This document shows positions 62,776-64,000 of a stretch of 64,000 nucleotides of DNA, piece after piece; the stretch's first letter is position 1, and every line of letters starts with the position of its first letter. Below the pieces are notes generated by a model, which ran no database searches, was not told where the DNA came from, and worked only from the letters and a program-made list of their open reading frames with translations. The position numbers were made by a program, and so were the translations under genes. The stretch spans positions 16,988,001 to 17,052,000 of the forward strand of contig CM106586.1 of the NCBI GenBank assembly GCA_048013815.1, given 5' to 3'. This DNA comes from Setoptus koraiensis (taxonomy: Eukaryota; Animalia; Arthropoda).

Positions 62776-63486
62776 TGTCAATCATCTATTTCTTCGTCAA
62801 TTTGTGTTCTATGATATGGTAGAGATTTGAAAAGAAGGCCAAACTCAATTTCCAATCGCGGTGTGGTCGCAAGAATCACTGATGATTCTAAGGAGAATAG
62901 ATTGGATTTCTCGATGTTCTATCGGAGTGCATCGACATATCTTCAATATCTTAACTTATGGACTTTGATGCACGTCCATTTCGTGTATCAAAGTATAAAT
63001 TGTACAGCCCTCGCATTTTTATCGTGTGCGCTTCGGGATTGGCTTGTCAAGATTCGGGATCAACATACATATGATCGTTTATTTCTCGTTTGATTTCTTC
63101 TATACAAACATTGCTTGACAGCTACTCTGGATATGGATAATGGTAATGAAAAATAAATTCATTACATGACAAGCGACTCCACTACACAGGTATATTTGCA
63201 CGACATTTTCTGGTAGACGGTTACGCTCAATTAAATAGTCTAGTTGATCACTATTCCTTGTGTTTGATGTGACATCAATTCCTAACGATAACTACATTTT
63301 CACGTGTCTCATCGGTCTAGTTGGTTTCTAGTAAGCTGTCTCGATTCTTATGATGATTTGTTATCAATTACTTCAGTGCAGAAAGGAGAGGAATAGTCGC
63401 TCGAAAATGACATTGTATTTATACCGTTACCCTGTTTAACATTTATAAATAATGGATGTTCTTTACATCACGGAGATAACACGGTT

Positions 63487-63849
63487 GAGTAGAGATTTTC
63501 TTGATTCAAATTATTTGATTTAAATTATGATTGAAATCGTTTGGTTTGAATCAATGGTTTTAATCAATGAGAATCTAGTCACAATTGAAAATGTAATTTA
63601 AATCGTGGTTTTAATGGTCTGTAATGGTTTGATTAAAATCAACATGGTTTCAATTGAGTTTAATTCGATTTTTCCATTGCCCAGGCCTATTGAAATCACT
63701 GCGGTTGATATTAATCGCAAAAAAATCTTAGAAACCAAGATTTAAATAAAAAAAACATAACATCAACAAAGCCATTTAGACAAAAAATTCAATTTTGACC
63801 ATGACTGATTGCTTGAGCTTGCTGATTTAAATCGACAAAATCTCCACTT
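63487..63849. mobile_element. Second copy of the degenerate GATTTAAATC-rich MITE-like element
   Basis: gagtagagattttcttgattcaaatt at the left end vs reverse complement aagtggagattttgtcgatttaaatc at the right end. Confidence 0.55.
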
Positions 63850-63948
63850 TAACTCCGTTATCTTCGTGATGTAAAGAACACTCATTTTTTATGAATCACT
63901 GGGAAGACTAAACGAGTTGTTGTCTCTTTAGTCTTTGTCGGTGTTGCC

Positions 63949-64000
63949 ACCGAAGATGAGGATACTGGCCAATAGGATGAGGGTAGATATTACATGCGTC
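63949..64000 (+). pseudogene. Second copy of the nAChR loop fragment (truncated by window end)
   Basis: acc gaa gat gag gat act ggc caa tag gat gag ggt aga tat tac atg cgt = TEDEDTGQ*DEGRYYMR vs nAChR TEDENTGEEDEGRYFRR. Confidence 0.85.

Larger units (their letters stand above)
62590..64000. repeat. Segmental duplicate of ~59330-60740 (offset ~3260 bp), containing receptor 5' end, upstream region, MITE-like element and nAChR fragment
   Basis: Long near-identical stretches, for example 59521-59700 vs 62781-62960; runs off the window. Confidence 0.9.

Noticed and set aside
1-64000. tRNA, rRNA and CRISPR arrays
   Set aside because: None seen; GTTCGA-type hits (for example 4726, 13994, 44667) lack cloverleaf stems, and the DNA is eukaryotic.

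Overview
Eukaryotic, gene-dense, AT-rich nuclear DNA with GT-AG introns. The gene set and short or missing introns suggest an arthropod, possibly a compact-genome mite (inference). Left two-thirds: EIF2B1, a small spliced TOM6-like gene absent from the ORF track, a 10-intron GLUT1-like transporter, RpS4 copy 1, MRPL57, a minimal TIS11, a heavily inserted Wnt, choline kinase, a divergent nAChR alpha subunit, DHODH, a WD40-only PLAA-like gene, a ~1300 aa orphan secreted protein, a tetraspanin, RpS4 copy 2 (inverted), NT5C2, PDAP1 and TFIIF-alpha. Right end (52.1-64 kb): a tandem, mosaic array of multi-TM gustatory-receptor-like genes mixed with MITE-like elements and inverted fragments of the nAChR gene from 25-35 kb away. 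The most striking observation is an 89-bp insertion in one array paralog, flanked by a TA duplication with CAC...GTG ends. It carries a consensus donor, branch point and acceptor, and splicing would restore the reading frame (+5 codons), so it looks like an intron-generating (Introner-like) element. Also notable is an apparent gene-conversion tract between the two RpS4 copies that spans a candidate intronic H/ACA snoRNA. All alignments were done by eye; no searches were run.
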